Positions 24,550 to 37,185 of a stretch of 64,000 nt of DNA are shown here, piece after piece. Every line of letters begins with the position of its first letter. The first letter of the stretch is position 1. Under the pieces are notes generated by a model. The model saw only the letters and a program-made list of their open reading frames with translations. It was not told where the DNA came from and did no database searches. This DNA is from Blasia pusilla (taxonomy: Eukaryota): contig CM114271.1 in NCBI GenBank assembly GCA_050084515.1, positions 20,398,001-20,462,000 on the forward strand. Direction: 5' to 3'. Both the position numbers and the translations under genes were made by a program.

Positions 24550-26030
24550 CCCTCGTTGTGGATCCAACTCTACGGCTGCTCTACGCATCACAATTGAGGC
24601 GGCCTCCATCTGGGCAGCCGAGCATATCCAACCAGAATCCTCCATAACTCTGGCTGCTCCATATGATGTCGATGCCACGGATCCGGCATCGGGTAACCTC
24701 AATGCCATAGCGGCAATCTGCTCCTGTAGCTGTTGTATCTGAGCAGCCATCCCAGCCTCACATCAAGCGTCTCCCTCGACGCGTCTAGGTGGTGGTACTC
24801 TACCTCTTCCACGGGTGGCTCCACCACCTTGTCGGGCAACTCCAGCTCCTTGTCCTCCCAACGGGACCACCTGGTGCACGATCTCTAGGCCCATCTGGAC
24901 CGGCTACTTGCTCTGGTGCCCTCTGTGGCCCTTGGTCTGAACGTAACTGAGGATGTAAACTGAAACACCTGGCGCGTGTATGACCATACCTCTGACAATA
25001 GTCACATTGATAACCTCCTGCTGTAGCACCATCTCCTCCTCCATGTTGAGGCACACGTCCATGACCCTGACGAGTGAAATCACGCTGATGATGGGCTCCA
25101 CCACATGACCAACAAGTAATTGTAGGCCGCTGCTGCTCAGCCACATATGAAGGCGCAGGTCTCTATGGCACAGCCTCCCGATATCCTCCCTGAGCTCGTG
25201 GCGCCACAGTCGACCTTGCTCGGAGTCCACGTTGCTGCACAGGTGGTGCAGACAATCGTGACTGCTCTCACCATGGATTCTGGGCGAGAGCAGTCACGAT
25301 TGTCTGCTTTCCTCCGCCATGTTGCACTCAATGTTCTTGACGGTCCTAAAAAATATCTCAACGTAGGGGAGGTGTTCATAAGAAACACCCCCTCCCGCTA
25401 TCCTATCCGTAGGGTCCGATCCAGCATTGCGTACCATGACTAGCTAGATAGCCTAAGCCTCTTTCACCCCCTGAGTGACGTTGATCAACCGGAAAAAGAT
25501 AGTGTAAGCCTCACGCAAACTCTCACCCGAGCACCTTTGGAAGTCATGGATGCTCCGCAACTTCTCCGTCCGTACCCCCTGGTAGCTCGCCCTCAACTCA
25601 GCGAAGAACTCAACCACGAGGTTGAGCCAAGGACAAACCCGACTAGATGGTGCAACTGCTCCTGTGCGAGTGATCCCTCCTAAAACATCACTAGTGGAAG
25701 AGGAATTAACCTCTCCTGACTACTCCTCCTCATCTGGGAATGGCTCCGTCCATGACACATAGTGTGGGTCATAGTAGAGTCGCCATGCCTCAATCTCTTG
25801 GGCATATCTGTGGGAGAACTCATGGTAATCGTCCATGGGCATCCCCTCTAAATGCTAGAACATACCGTTCCATGTTGTAAACGGGTTGAACTCTCTAGAG
25901 TTCCTAGCCCGCTATGAGTCACATCAACTCCTAAACTCGGCAATGAAGTCGTGTAGCTCTATAGTGCCTACAACACCCGAAAACCTACGCGGTCCTCTAC
26001 CCCGGTCGTCCATCTCATACGCCCAACTCA
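24550..26030 (-). pseudogene. Gag with two zinc knuckles (element B), disrupted
   Basis: CWSCGGAHHQRD and CDYCQRYGHTRARC in ORF 24800-25144; homologous to gag at 14020-15095 and 56636-58760. Confidence 0.75.
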
Positions 26031-28094
26031 ATGTGTACGGTGGATCACTAACACACTCTTCTATATGCTCCCCCTCGTCTCAAGAAGACAAATAAGGAGA
26101 TCGAGGTGGTCTCTCACGTGGAGACCCTCGAAACCTCACACCACTCCGGGTAAACCCTCCAGAGCTACTCTCACGTCCACTACCTCGTCTCTCAAAATCC
26201 CGAAAGGACACTATGATGGCCCTCATGCCCCTCTCACATGATCACTCTCAATCTCACGAGTAATCTCTCAATCACTCAAACTAAACATGCAGCACTCAAT
26301 CTACACTCTCTCACTAAGACATGAGTTGTGCGGCAATAAGCATCGTGGTGCGGCAAATCACTAATATATCATCTCATTGACAAACCATCCTCAACTCTGG
26401 ACATCTCACACATGTCTATGTCCCCTAAACCCATACATTATCGATGCTCCTAGCATCAGCCAAATATCCCAAATAACTTCCCAATATCCGGAAATCCCTC
26501 ACAGTCGTAGAGTAAGAGACCAGAATAGGTAATGTCGATGTCCCTCCTCGGCAATTGCAAATCTCAACCCCAACTCGGTCGTGAAGATAACTCCTCCAAT
26601 CAGCAAGTCGTATTCCTCTCGTACTAACGCTGCTCAAACCTTCTCGATGTGCGGTGCAGGTCCAGCGGTCCGGTGCGGCAGTGGCGGCACAGAACGGCTA
26701 CAAACAACACGGCACTAGGGAATGGGGTGCGGCACTTGGCGGCATACCCTTCTCAATCAACAATTCACACGTTCTGATCCTTAGTGAAGGAGCGGCTCTA
26801 CGATCGAGACGGTGTAGTGCAGCCATGAGCGGCACGGCGCGTTGTGGCTACGGGCGTCACGGCACGGTATTCGATCATCATCAAGCGGCTACCAATCACA
26901 ACATAGCAGCATAAAATGAAAACTCAAACACCATAACCCGAGGTCATCTGCCATCACTGGTTGATGAGGAAACTGCGATGACGGTGGCGGCCAAAACAAA
27001 GTACATGGTGGCAACGCAAGTCAGAGAATCAATGATCGTCGTGGAAGACCCTCCACTTCCTAATGGCGGCAATGGAAATCAAAGGGTGGACAACAAACAA
27101 ACGCAGCTCTGAGCAGCGCTAGGCGGCGGCGGCGGCGGCGGCGGCCGACGGTGGACCATTGACGGTGACGGTTGACCGTTGATGGTGACGACCGCCCATT
27201 GATGGTGACCATTGATGGTGACCATTAATGGTGACCATTGGACCATTGACCATTGATGGTGATAGTTGACCGTTGACGGCGACTATGACGGCGACGGCTG
27301 GTTTAGGGTTTGAACAATTTAACCCTAAAAATTGCCTAGTAATGGTAGTTTTGCAATATTGACTATAACTTTTTTCTCGCAACTCCAAATTCCACACCAT
27401 TTGTTGCACAACGTGCACAGCTTCACAACCTATAACAATATCAAAAACTATTTTGAATTGAACATTCCCATAAAAACTGAACGGGATTGTTGTAAAGCCC
27501 AATGTCTCTTTCTCCAATACAAAATTCGGCAACGCTTCTACGCTGATTTCTCCCAACGAAAATGTAAAACCTATGAAAATACAAATCTACATGGTGCTTC
27601 CAAGAGCACCGGCATGGGGCAACCCACCCCCATAATCAATCCATATCAAAAATTGGGCAGCGCTTCCGCACGGCATTCTTCCACACAAAAAATTGGCAAA
27701 GGAAACATCTCAAGTAAGCGGCTCTTGCTCTAGTTAGCACTCCCATGAACAGTTGCACTGAGAATATGATCCCCAATATACAAAACCAGCAAGTAACTAG
27801 TGAGCTCCCCTATGAAGCTCTCTTACTCACTCATTCTCTCTTTGTAAAATAAGATCCAATCTCTCTCACAACACCATAGTTCTCACATGTGTGCACTCTC
27901 ACATGTCTCTCTCAATGTCAAACCAAACCCACTCCTCTAATGAGAGACTAGGGTTACACACAAAAGGCAAGCAAGACCATGTCCTGTGCATACACATCGC
28001 TGTCACCGAATACACACACAAACACGCACGATCCCATGCTAACTCATGGCATCCAAACAACGAGACAAGAAGTAAGTTTCTCTCTTTGTAAAGT

Positions 28095-28470
28095 AAGATC
28101 CTCAACATCTCCCAAAACAATCTGGACCGAGTATCAGCCAACCCACTACCTCGTCTAGCACTCGATTGGCCCTGACATGGCCAACCGGAAATGACCAAAT
28201 CAATGGTCCCTACCCGCTCTAAGTCCTGCGCCCCCAACAATGAAATATCCCTCGGTAGGAAACTTTGGTACCCTTGTACCGCGGACGCAGATAATAAGTC
28301 GGGAAAACGTGGGCGTAAGTGCCACATGTCGTAGTGAGACGCGCCTCGCAACCTCATCACTCTCCACATACAGGTACTGCTGTACTCGCACTCTTGCCTG
28401 CAAAACAACAGCTAACCCGGTGCTAATCTCTCCAAAGAGATCTAACACTCGAATACCCTCCTCCGGGATA
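28095..28470 (-). pseudogene. DNMT3-like methyltransferase motifs I-V in element C (one frameshift, then deletion)
   Basis: IRVLDLFGEISTGLAVVLQARVRVQQYLYVESD (motifs I-II) and RDI...IDLVISGWPCQGQS...GLADTRSRLFWEMLRIL (motifs III-V; catalytic PC retained). Confidence 0.9.
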
Positions 28471-28899
28471 CACCACACAATGGGTGTGGTATCCAAGGGT
28501 GTCATCGTAGCACTCCTTGCTTCCTCGGGTTCCTCAGACCCATCCTGCTCCGGTGCAAACGCCTCGCTCCACGCGATCTACACGTGCTCATCTGCCAATC
28601 GTCGAAGCTTCTCAATCTAACCCCACAGCGGCACCTCTCCTCCACAGAATGATGCAGCTACCATAACACTCCTCTCCATAGAAATGTCAGGAATGGGAGT
28701 ATCCTCTGCATGGACATGTCCCTCAATCAAATCACTACGCCAAGTGATGGCACTGCTTAATGCTACTAAGGTCGCCATCTCTCCTAGCCGTTGCTCGATC
28801 ACTACACATGTGAATCGAACAGGTAATGAGCTGAGGCGCCCATCACCTAACTGCCATCCTGGTGTGTAGGACGCTGACTCCTCCCGGTAATCCAGGGAA

Positions 28900-29200
28900 A
28901 ACCCCATCGGGTATAACACTGCTCCACCAACCAAGACGTCGTAGGACTCTACATCAGTCACTATCGCCTTGGCGCGCACCACGGACTCATATGTAGGATG
29001 TCCCGGGCGAATCCTCACCACGACTCCTGTCGGGTGATATAGTGTGTGGTACTCACTCCATCCAAGGATGTCTGTATCCGAAATGGACAACGCTCCACAT
29101 CGGCTCTCGTCAAGCCCAATCCTTTGAATGACGCTTTCCCCAACATCAAGGGTTGCACTCCAGAATCCAACAAGACGCGCTGTGGACTAAAAGCTCTACC
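28900..29200 (-). pseudogene. Retropepsin-type aspartic protease (element C)
   Basis: RVLLDSGVQPLMLG active-site motif and downstream YDVLVGGAVL, separated by a frameshift. Confidence 0.75.
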
Positions 29201-32200
29201 TCCAGGACTCACCAACTGGAAGACCTCTCCTCGGTTATCCAGCAACACAACACCAAGAGAAGCCATGGCACGCTCTATCATGGGTCTAGCGGGCATCTCC
29301 GCCATCCTAGCAGCCGCAGCCTGCCATGAATCTGACGTGGACGGTCCGAGCATCCGCTCCAAGGGCAAGTCCATCACCTCCTCTGCAATCACCTCTAAAC
29401 GTGATGCAAGAACTCCAACTCCACGCTTACATAGCAAAGCGGCCAGCCGAAAAGCCTCGGCGGGCGTACGTCCCAACGTCATAACATCGGAAGCAGAAAA
29501 TAAAGGACTGCGGTACACAACGGTGGCCGCCCCCAACAACATGCTCGACACATGCCTCTCCTGAGCATCAACAATAGGAGTCGTCGCACTCATTTCTCCC
29601 ATCGCCCTCCGTGCTTGCACACCAACAACATCACCAACTCTCAAGGAACTTTGATGAGGACCCATCGATGGGGTCCTCATCGCTTCGAACAACGTGAAAG
29701 ACTGAGGAAGCCTAGTCTGTTCTTTGGCTTCCCCTTGCTATGGATCCAACTCTGCGGCTGCTCTACACGTCACAACTGCGGCGGCCTCCATCTGGGCAAC
29801 CCCGCACATCCAACCAGGATCTTCCAGATCTCTGGCTGCTCCATATGATGTCGATGCCACGGATCCGACATCAAACGGAGCAATCTCTCTTTGTAAAGTA
29901 AGATCCAATCTCTCTACACCATCTCACACCATAGCTCTCAAAAGTGAGCACTCTCTCTCATGTCAAACCAAACCCACTCTCCTAATGAGAGGCTTGGGTT
30001 ACACTCACAAGGCAAGGGACCATAGCTCCGCCGCATCATGCCAAGAGGTTCAACAAAGAGAGAATGAGCTCTCAAGCTCTCTCTCCTTGGGATATATATA
30101 CCCCTCCCCTCTCCCAAGCTCTCTCCATGGTAACCTATTCTCCCAAGTCACCTCCTTGGCTCTTGACCTGATGTAGGAGGTCAAGGGCCACTTACCAAAA
30201 ATAGAAAGTCGATCATATACTCAAAATGGTACTTATCTAAAATAGTAAGTTTCTCAATATGGCTCCAAATGAGCCAAAACAAAGGGGAAATCTGCTCTCG
30301 GGGCCTCTGCAGGTCATCCTCGATCTCCTAGGCATGTCCTCCACTACTCTTGAAGACGCTCTACTAGATCTCACCGATCTATCCTAAAGGACGTGACAAC
30401 CATAGCTCCGCCGCCTCATACCAAGAGATTCAGCAAAGAGAGAATTAGCTCTCAAGCTCTCTCTCGTTGAGGCATATCCCTCCCCTCTCCCAAGCTCTCT
30501 CCATGGTAACCTATTCTCTCAAGTCACCTCCTTGGCTCTTGACATGATGTAGGAGGTCAAGGGCCACTTACCAAAAATAGAAAGTTGATCATATACTCAA
30601 AATGGTGCTTTACTAGATCTCACCGATCTATCATAAAAGACTATTGTTGATATGGTGAAAAATAGCTTACACGTGAGCGTATAGCCTAGATCATAGTTAT
30701 GAGACTTGTTATTTTTTACATACCCAACTTTGCTAACTACATCAAACGTGGTTATAATATACTTCTAGAAAAAATCACCTTCACTGAAATTTAACAGATT
30801 TCATAAATTGATTTAAACACCATTTTAGTTTTTTTGTATCATACCCTTTCTTCCCCTATTTTAGAAAACTTTTGGAATTTCAAGATTCGTCCTTTTGTGC
30901 TTTGCAAAACATCTTGCATATTTGTGAAAGTTGAATCTTGATTGGTTGAAGATAAAATATAATAAGCCCTTTTTTTTTAATGAACTCCCTTCATGGTTTT
31001 TTAATGGCTAAATCTTTGATGGACCAAAATAACTAATTTAAAATTTTGATTGAAAGTTTGTCGAGGTCTTCTTCAACATAAAATTGAAGCTACAAAATTA
31101 CATTTTTGCTGTACAAAGGTTTGTATTTTTTGGGAGTTTTGATTTCTTGCTTCAGAAAGAATTTATTTTTGGAGTTGAGATCATTTTCGACAAGACAAGA
31201 CTCATAAGTATTTCCCAATAGAAGATCATCGAGGAAATTTTTCGTAATCTCCAAAAATCATGAAATTTTATGCTTGTCTATGAAAGAACATAAGTGAAAA
31301 AAAATTTAACCCAGAATTCAAGAATTTCAAAATATCAAAAGACATTTTTTCTAAGGAAAAGAAAGAAAAAAATTGAAACTTGAAAGTGATTTCCCAATCA
31401 ACTTTCTAATTGAGAATTCAATGATCTAAACCCTGTAAGAATTTAGGATGAAACCAAGGTTGAGGAATCCCAACAGGGAAAGAAAATGCAATTGTCAAAA
31501 CAGCAAGCGTCTTGATCACAGTAGATCAAAATGTCAACCAACCCAAATTTAACCAACCATTGTCAGATTAAACTAGTTATGGTTATGTAACTAGAGGCCA
31601 TAATTTTGGAAAACTATTCCTACATGTCTAGGATTTCAATTTCCATTCTACAATTTTTATTGACTTCAAAATTTTAGCAATTTTCAAATTTAAAAAATAT
31701 ATAAAAAATTGCATAACTTTCAAATTAGGGGATTGCGAAACCAAGAGGAACTTGGATTCACACAGAGGAAGTTGGTTAATATTTTATTTCAATTAAATTT
31801 TTTGTTAATTTAGAGAAAGGATATTCAACCACAAAGTGAATTTCAGTGATCGTTTCATATATATGCTAAAAGAATGATCATTGAGACTCTTAAAATACTT
31901 GATAGGCAATCGAAAAAAATACTCTCGCTCAAATTTCACTCACATTTGAGAGTTTATTGGCTGATCAATTTACCTCTTAACTTGTTGAAAATTGATTATT
32001 TATATGACTCTAATCCATTAAGAGATATTTGGTAAATTTATTTCCTTTCCAAATTGTGATTTGAGATCGTAAATATGAGATCATATCCATATTTATAAAG
32101 TAAAATTCTTACTTGTTGATTTCCTTATTGATTATTAGAAATCAATAAGTATGAATTTTACTTTCTTAATTTTGAAGGGTCCAATTCTACTAACTAATGA

Positions 32201-32463
32201 CTAGAGAAGAAAATTTATTGAAGAAATTACTATATAATCCAAAAATTCCTAAATAAATTTTTTTCTAAGAGTGTTTTTTCCAAAAAAATTCAATTAATAA
32301 ATTTGTAATTAGTTTGATGGTATGAAAGTTTTCAACTCCTCAAAAAAAATTATCTTAAAAAGGGAATAAAAATATTAATCGAATTATTTTTAGTCCGTTA
32401 AAAAATTATAATTGCACTAGACAGTGATTGGTCGATTAACTTCATGAAGGAGAATCAATTAAA

Positions 32464-32901
32464 CAAGGTTGCACGGAAACGGACTTGCCCAATGGGTCCC
32501 CCACGTGGGTTTCTTTGATATCCTAGTGGCTCGTGTGGTCTTACAACATGGGAACGGGTATGGATTGGGATTATGGGAGGCAAGTAGGGATCGAATGGGT
32601 GTGCATGCTATGAGCCCTCGTCTGGCCCGCATCAAGTCCGTGCGCAGCAAATAGACCACCCTAAGCTTGCATTGGGCCCACTTGCCTTGGCGGGCTAGGA
32701 CAGGCCAGTACGGACTATAAGACGTGTGGTGAGAATGAGCAACGGGTTCCTAAACTATGTATGGGTTATCCGAGCTTAGGTCTATATTGCAAACATGACG
32801 GGCTCATGTGCGGGTTGCAAATACCTATGCCTACACGGACATGTTCATCCTAGGGACAAACATAAATCCACAAATACGGAATTTTTTGGCGTGCAACCTT
32901 G
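32464..32901. mobile_element. hAT-type MITE, 438 bp
   Basis: 11-bp perfect TIR CAAGGTTGCAC...GTGCAACCTTG; 8-bp TSD CAATTAAA/CAATTGAA (7 of 8); GC-rich island in AT-rich DNA. Confidence 0.85.
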
Positions 32902-35900
32902 CAATTGAATTATCAATATCTGATTTCAAAGTATTCTTGTAAGAGAAGAACTTGAATAACGATTTTTAATTTCCTCTTAGAGACCTAGAAATGAGCAATC
33001 GACTCAATGTCCTATGGAGCATTAATTGACCAATCACTTTTCCACCTTAAGAACTACAAAGTGATATAGAGAGTCAATATTTCTTTGCAATAGAAACTAG
33101 GATCAATTGATGCATTTGACCATTCAAAAGGAAACTCAACCAATCACTTCTCTCTCAAGATGGGAGGAAAAGTCAAAAGTGGATGCAAACTCCCACACCA
33201 TTTGAAAAATGATTGGTTAACTCATACTCTATATGGGAGACTACATCAAGCAATCAGATTTTGTCCCATGTTGAGAGAAAAAGTTATGGATTGTGTTACC
33301 TTCCATATGATCAAGTAGATTGACCAATCATATATCTTTTCAAGTGGAAGCATAGAGATGGGTAAGCTCACACTGCTTGCTCTAAAGATCCTTGAGTGAT
33401 TGCGTTCACTTACTCTTCAAGATTGAAATTGATAGTTGAATGCATTGGGAATATCCATGGACCTTTGATCTATTTGAACTACTTTAATGAAGTAGTTTAA
33501 ACCAAAAAAAAAACACTTATCAATCGATCTCACTTTCTATATTCTTCAAAAAAAATAGGATCAATTTGGATGACCCACCAATAGTAATAATAATAACTAC
33601 TTAATTGCTACTTTATCTTATTCTCGTGATACTTTTAGAATGAAAATGCTATTTCTTTTAAAAATCTATGAAAAATAAAATCTATGTTAATTATTACTTG
33701 TTATTAGCTTAATTTTAAATATGATTTAAGTCTAGAGTTAAATTGAAAGTCAAATTTTAGTAATTGAAATAATTTTACTAATCAATATTTATTCCAAATA
33801 AAAGGGAAAATTCGGTCATTCTTTTGAATCTTTTCTAAGTTGAAGAGATAAAGTGTTGTATGGAATTTACATTCCGCTTTCAAATCAAAGAATGGAAAAG
33901 GGTTTAACTTATATAAGGGACATAATAGATTTATTTAAAATTATGAGACATCTTAAAGTTATGAAAACCGAACTCAATTAGTAAGTTTTTCATTCTTGTC
34001 CTTCTCTAAGTTAAATCCATCATGTTACCTTAAGGAATTTAAAATTACATCTACCATCACTTTCCTTCTTTGGCTAAGGGAAAATTAACTTTGTTCTTTC
34101 GAATTCTTCCCCTTTAATTTAAAGTACATTTATATTAGTATTATTACTTATAAATGAGAAGTTGAAATATCTGTGTTATGATATTATCTCCCTAAAAATT
34201 TAGACTTTTATACGTGATTATTATTTTTTGAAAATTACTATTTGAAGTTAAATCAAAGAAAATAAGAAAACTATCTCAACTGAACAACTTGTTATTTCCC
34301 AAGTTTTATGGACGAAGTAAAAAATAGTGTTGTCGAATATTGCTTCAATAGAAACTTAGAAAGCCGTCTTGAGAATAAACTTCATGATTGTCTCTCTCAC
34401 GTAGAATAGGATTGAGAATACTCTTTATAAATTATCATTGGAGTGAGGAATGAGAAATCTCATAGACTCGCTTTAGGATATAAACCACAATGCTAAACAA
34501 GTAACTCTAATCTTTAAAAAGATCCTTCATTAAAAAGACTCAATTGTGAGATGGAAAAAATCCTTCACTATTTATACTAGAACCTTCAATACATATCAAA
34601 CTAGATAGTATTTTGACTTAAGATTCATTTTCTGAAAGCCATTTTCTTTCAATTTTTAATGAAGCTATGGAATGGAATCTTTCACTCTTTCTTTATTCTT
34701 AATTATTCCATTTTTTCTAACTCAAATTTAAGAATTAAATATATAATTGTAAAACTATAGGATCTTGTAGAAAATCTTTATCAACCAATCATGTTTTGGA
34801 TTGTAATCAAATAAAGTGAAATAATCCCTTAGCAACCGTATTTCCAAAAATATTTTATGTTCAAAAAATTTAATGATATTTTCTATTAATATAAATGATC
34901 TCACTTTTAATCTTCTAATTTCTATTTCTATCCTTAGAAAATTCTTCTTGTAGATTTTGAACAAAAAAATTTGGGTACATCAAACTAGATATTCTAACAT
35001 GTTCTCCCAAATTTTTGGATTTTAATGAATATTTATATTTTTCTTTAATTAGAGAAAATATTGAAAATTATTCCATTTAGTATGAGAGCCAATTTTTAGC
35101 TTCCAATATAGTAATAATATATGAAACTACTTGTGGTTACCTTTCATTATAAATTCACAAAATGAAAGTAGTCTTTTTTAATCTTAATAATTCTCACTAG
35201 CGTTAATAATGACTCAACATTTGGGGAACTCACTATTCATTATCTTCCTATATTAAGTGAGTCCAAGACCCAACCTTGCGATTTTATTGTTTTGGAAGGG
35301 ATGGGCATCTTTCTTAAAAATAATGGAAAATACCAAAAATTTGTCTAAGCTTTCTTATTGTCCTCATCCCTCCCTTCCTAAACCCTCTTGATACCATTAC
35401 TTTGTCAATACATCCAACAAAACATCAAATATTATATATATCCCATACAACTCCAAAAATTACCAATGAAAGAAATGAAAATTTACTTCAAACATTCTGG
35501 AATGTATAAACTATATGAAATACCATTTTTTTTTCAAAGTTGTATAGTAAATATGGCTTTGAAATTGAAGTAATCCCCTCTAGGCTAGTACCTATTTTCA
35601 AGTTTCCCTTCCTCTTCTAAGATTCTGAATTAATGAATGAATAATCTATCTTGTTTATCTAGACTCTAGAATCCATGTTCAAACCATAAAAATATTGTTG
35701 AATTTCATGGTCATTGAATATATAAAAGCATGTTGTGTATCCATTATTGTCTTGCTTGTGTGTTTTTCCAATTCACTTACTATTCCCTACATGTTTGTAT
35801 GAATTACAAATTACATGGTTAAAAAAGTCCATTCTCATTGATAAGAATAGGCATATCATGCAAATGAACATGGTACCAATGTAGATAAACCAAATTTTCT

Positions 35901-35964
35901 ACCTTATATGTGTCTCATTCTTTGAAATCTTCCTATCCATACATCGGTTATGGGTAGGATCTAA

Positions 35965-35968
<4 letters not shown>

Positions 35969-36008
<40 letters not shown>
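35969..36008. repeat. (AT)20 microsatellite
   Basis: Direct reading. Confidence 0.95.
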
Positions 36009-36010
<2 letters not shown>

Positions 36011-37185
36011 TTTGAGTGGTAGGTTTTGTGCCTTCTCCTTCATGCTATTTACCCTCATTTTCTTAGTGATCTGCAAGGTGTAGATGCATAAAAAAATCAT
36101 TACACAATCAAAACCAATGTCCAATATTGTCCTCTCATTATTTTTAGCTTTGTACTATCTTACTTTCATAGAGTTGCTATCCTTGAGTGCATCATATTCC
36201 CTGCTCTTGTATAACCATTGGAAAATAAATGAAGGTGTTTTCCCAATCATTGAGATATTAAAAATCTTGATCTAGTTCATAGTATCCATGCCTCTTTGTG
36301 CCATGCTTAATATCAAGGACCTATTTCCAGTACACCATGAAAAGATAAATCTCCAACACATATAAGCACTATATAGACGATATGTTGAGAATGCCTATAA
36401 ATTCATATCATACATATTTTCCTTACTCTCCAAAATTTTCTCCGTTCCTTTAAGTTGAATTTTCTCTCATCTCAATTCAGTCCTATATTGGCGCCTCATC
36501 TCTACTCATCCAACGTAACACCCTTATACGCAACACCATAGGAAAATCCTTACAAGAACAAGACTCGGACTAGAATGGATAACTTTTAACATGGTCATAA
36601 TAATGTTGCTAGTTCTCATAAATTGGTAAGTTGTTACCACCTCAATTTTAATATAAACTCGTTAGAATCATATCAACTCTTCTTACTTTTATGTTCCTCC
36701 TCCTCGATTATGCAGTTGCGACAACAATGGTATGGTGCACCAATGAATGTCATGATATGGGACTACACTTTTTGATGGAATAACATGTGGCACCTCCTAT
36801 CATGTGCATCTCACATAAGAGGAGGTTCCATATGTTGGTATGGCTCCGTAACAAAGTTGCACAAAAACGGACAAGTCTAGATATATCCACGGACATGGAT
36901 TGCAAGAGGTGGGACCCATACTTATAGCTTATGATGGAAAGCAAAGTGGGGGCGGGGACGGGCAGGGCAATAAGGGGGGAGGGAGTGGAGATGGGAGGAG
37001 GAAGTAACGGGAAAGTGCAGAATATGAAGGGAAGTGGGAGGAATGAGAAAGAAGGGGGAGGTGGGCCCTACATGGACAAGTCCTTCTATAGGACAGACGT
37101 AAGTCAACAGACATGGACATGTCTATGGAGACACACTTTGTCCACATGAAACCTTCCTCATTGATTTTTGATAGTGCGGCGCAGC

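Larger units (their letters stand above)
27980..30398 (-). mobile_element. Element C: 2.4-kb internally deleted subfamily-2 copy carrying protease and methyltransferase N-terminus
   Basis: Termini TGTC...GACA with 4-bp TSD ACCA (27976-27979 and 30399-30402). Removing it restores the X repeat of element B (GCAAGACCA-TAGCTCCGCC). Y 27980-28075, X ~29885-30398. Confidence 0.9.
18495..30641 (-). mobile_element. Element B: most complete DNMT/PHD gypsy-like copy, subfamily 2 (contains nested element C in its 5' repeat)
   Basis: Gag ~24550-26030, protease remnant ~23750-24000, methyltransferase 22770-23380, RT/RNase H 21050-22350, integrase 19760-20700, PHD 19417-19560. Terminal block Y 18495-18621, X ~18633-19126, Y' 19129-19236. 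5' X is split into ~27850-27979 and 30399-30641. The right terminus is eroded, so no TSD is visible. Confidence 0.9.

Noticed and set aside
27899-28505. Methyltransferase as a host DNMT3/DRM gene or a bacterial restriction-modification contaminant
   Set aside because: It is intronless, follows the protease region, lies inside TSD-bounded elements and recurs at the same position in three copies.
7088-30641. Classification as a DIRS/Ngaro tyrosine-recombinase element
   Set aside because: No YR ORF recognised; a clear HHCC-DDE integrase, an aspartic protease and 4-bp TSDs are present.
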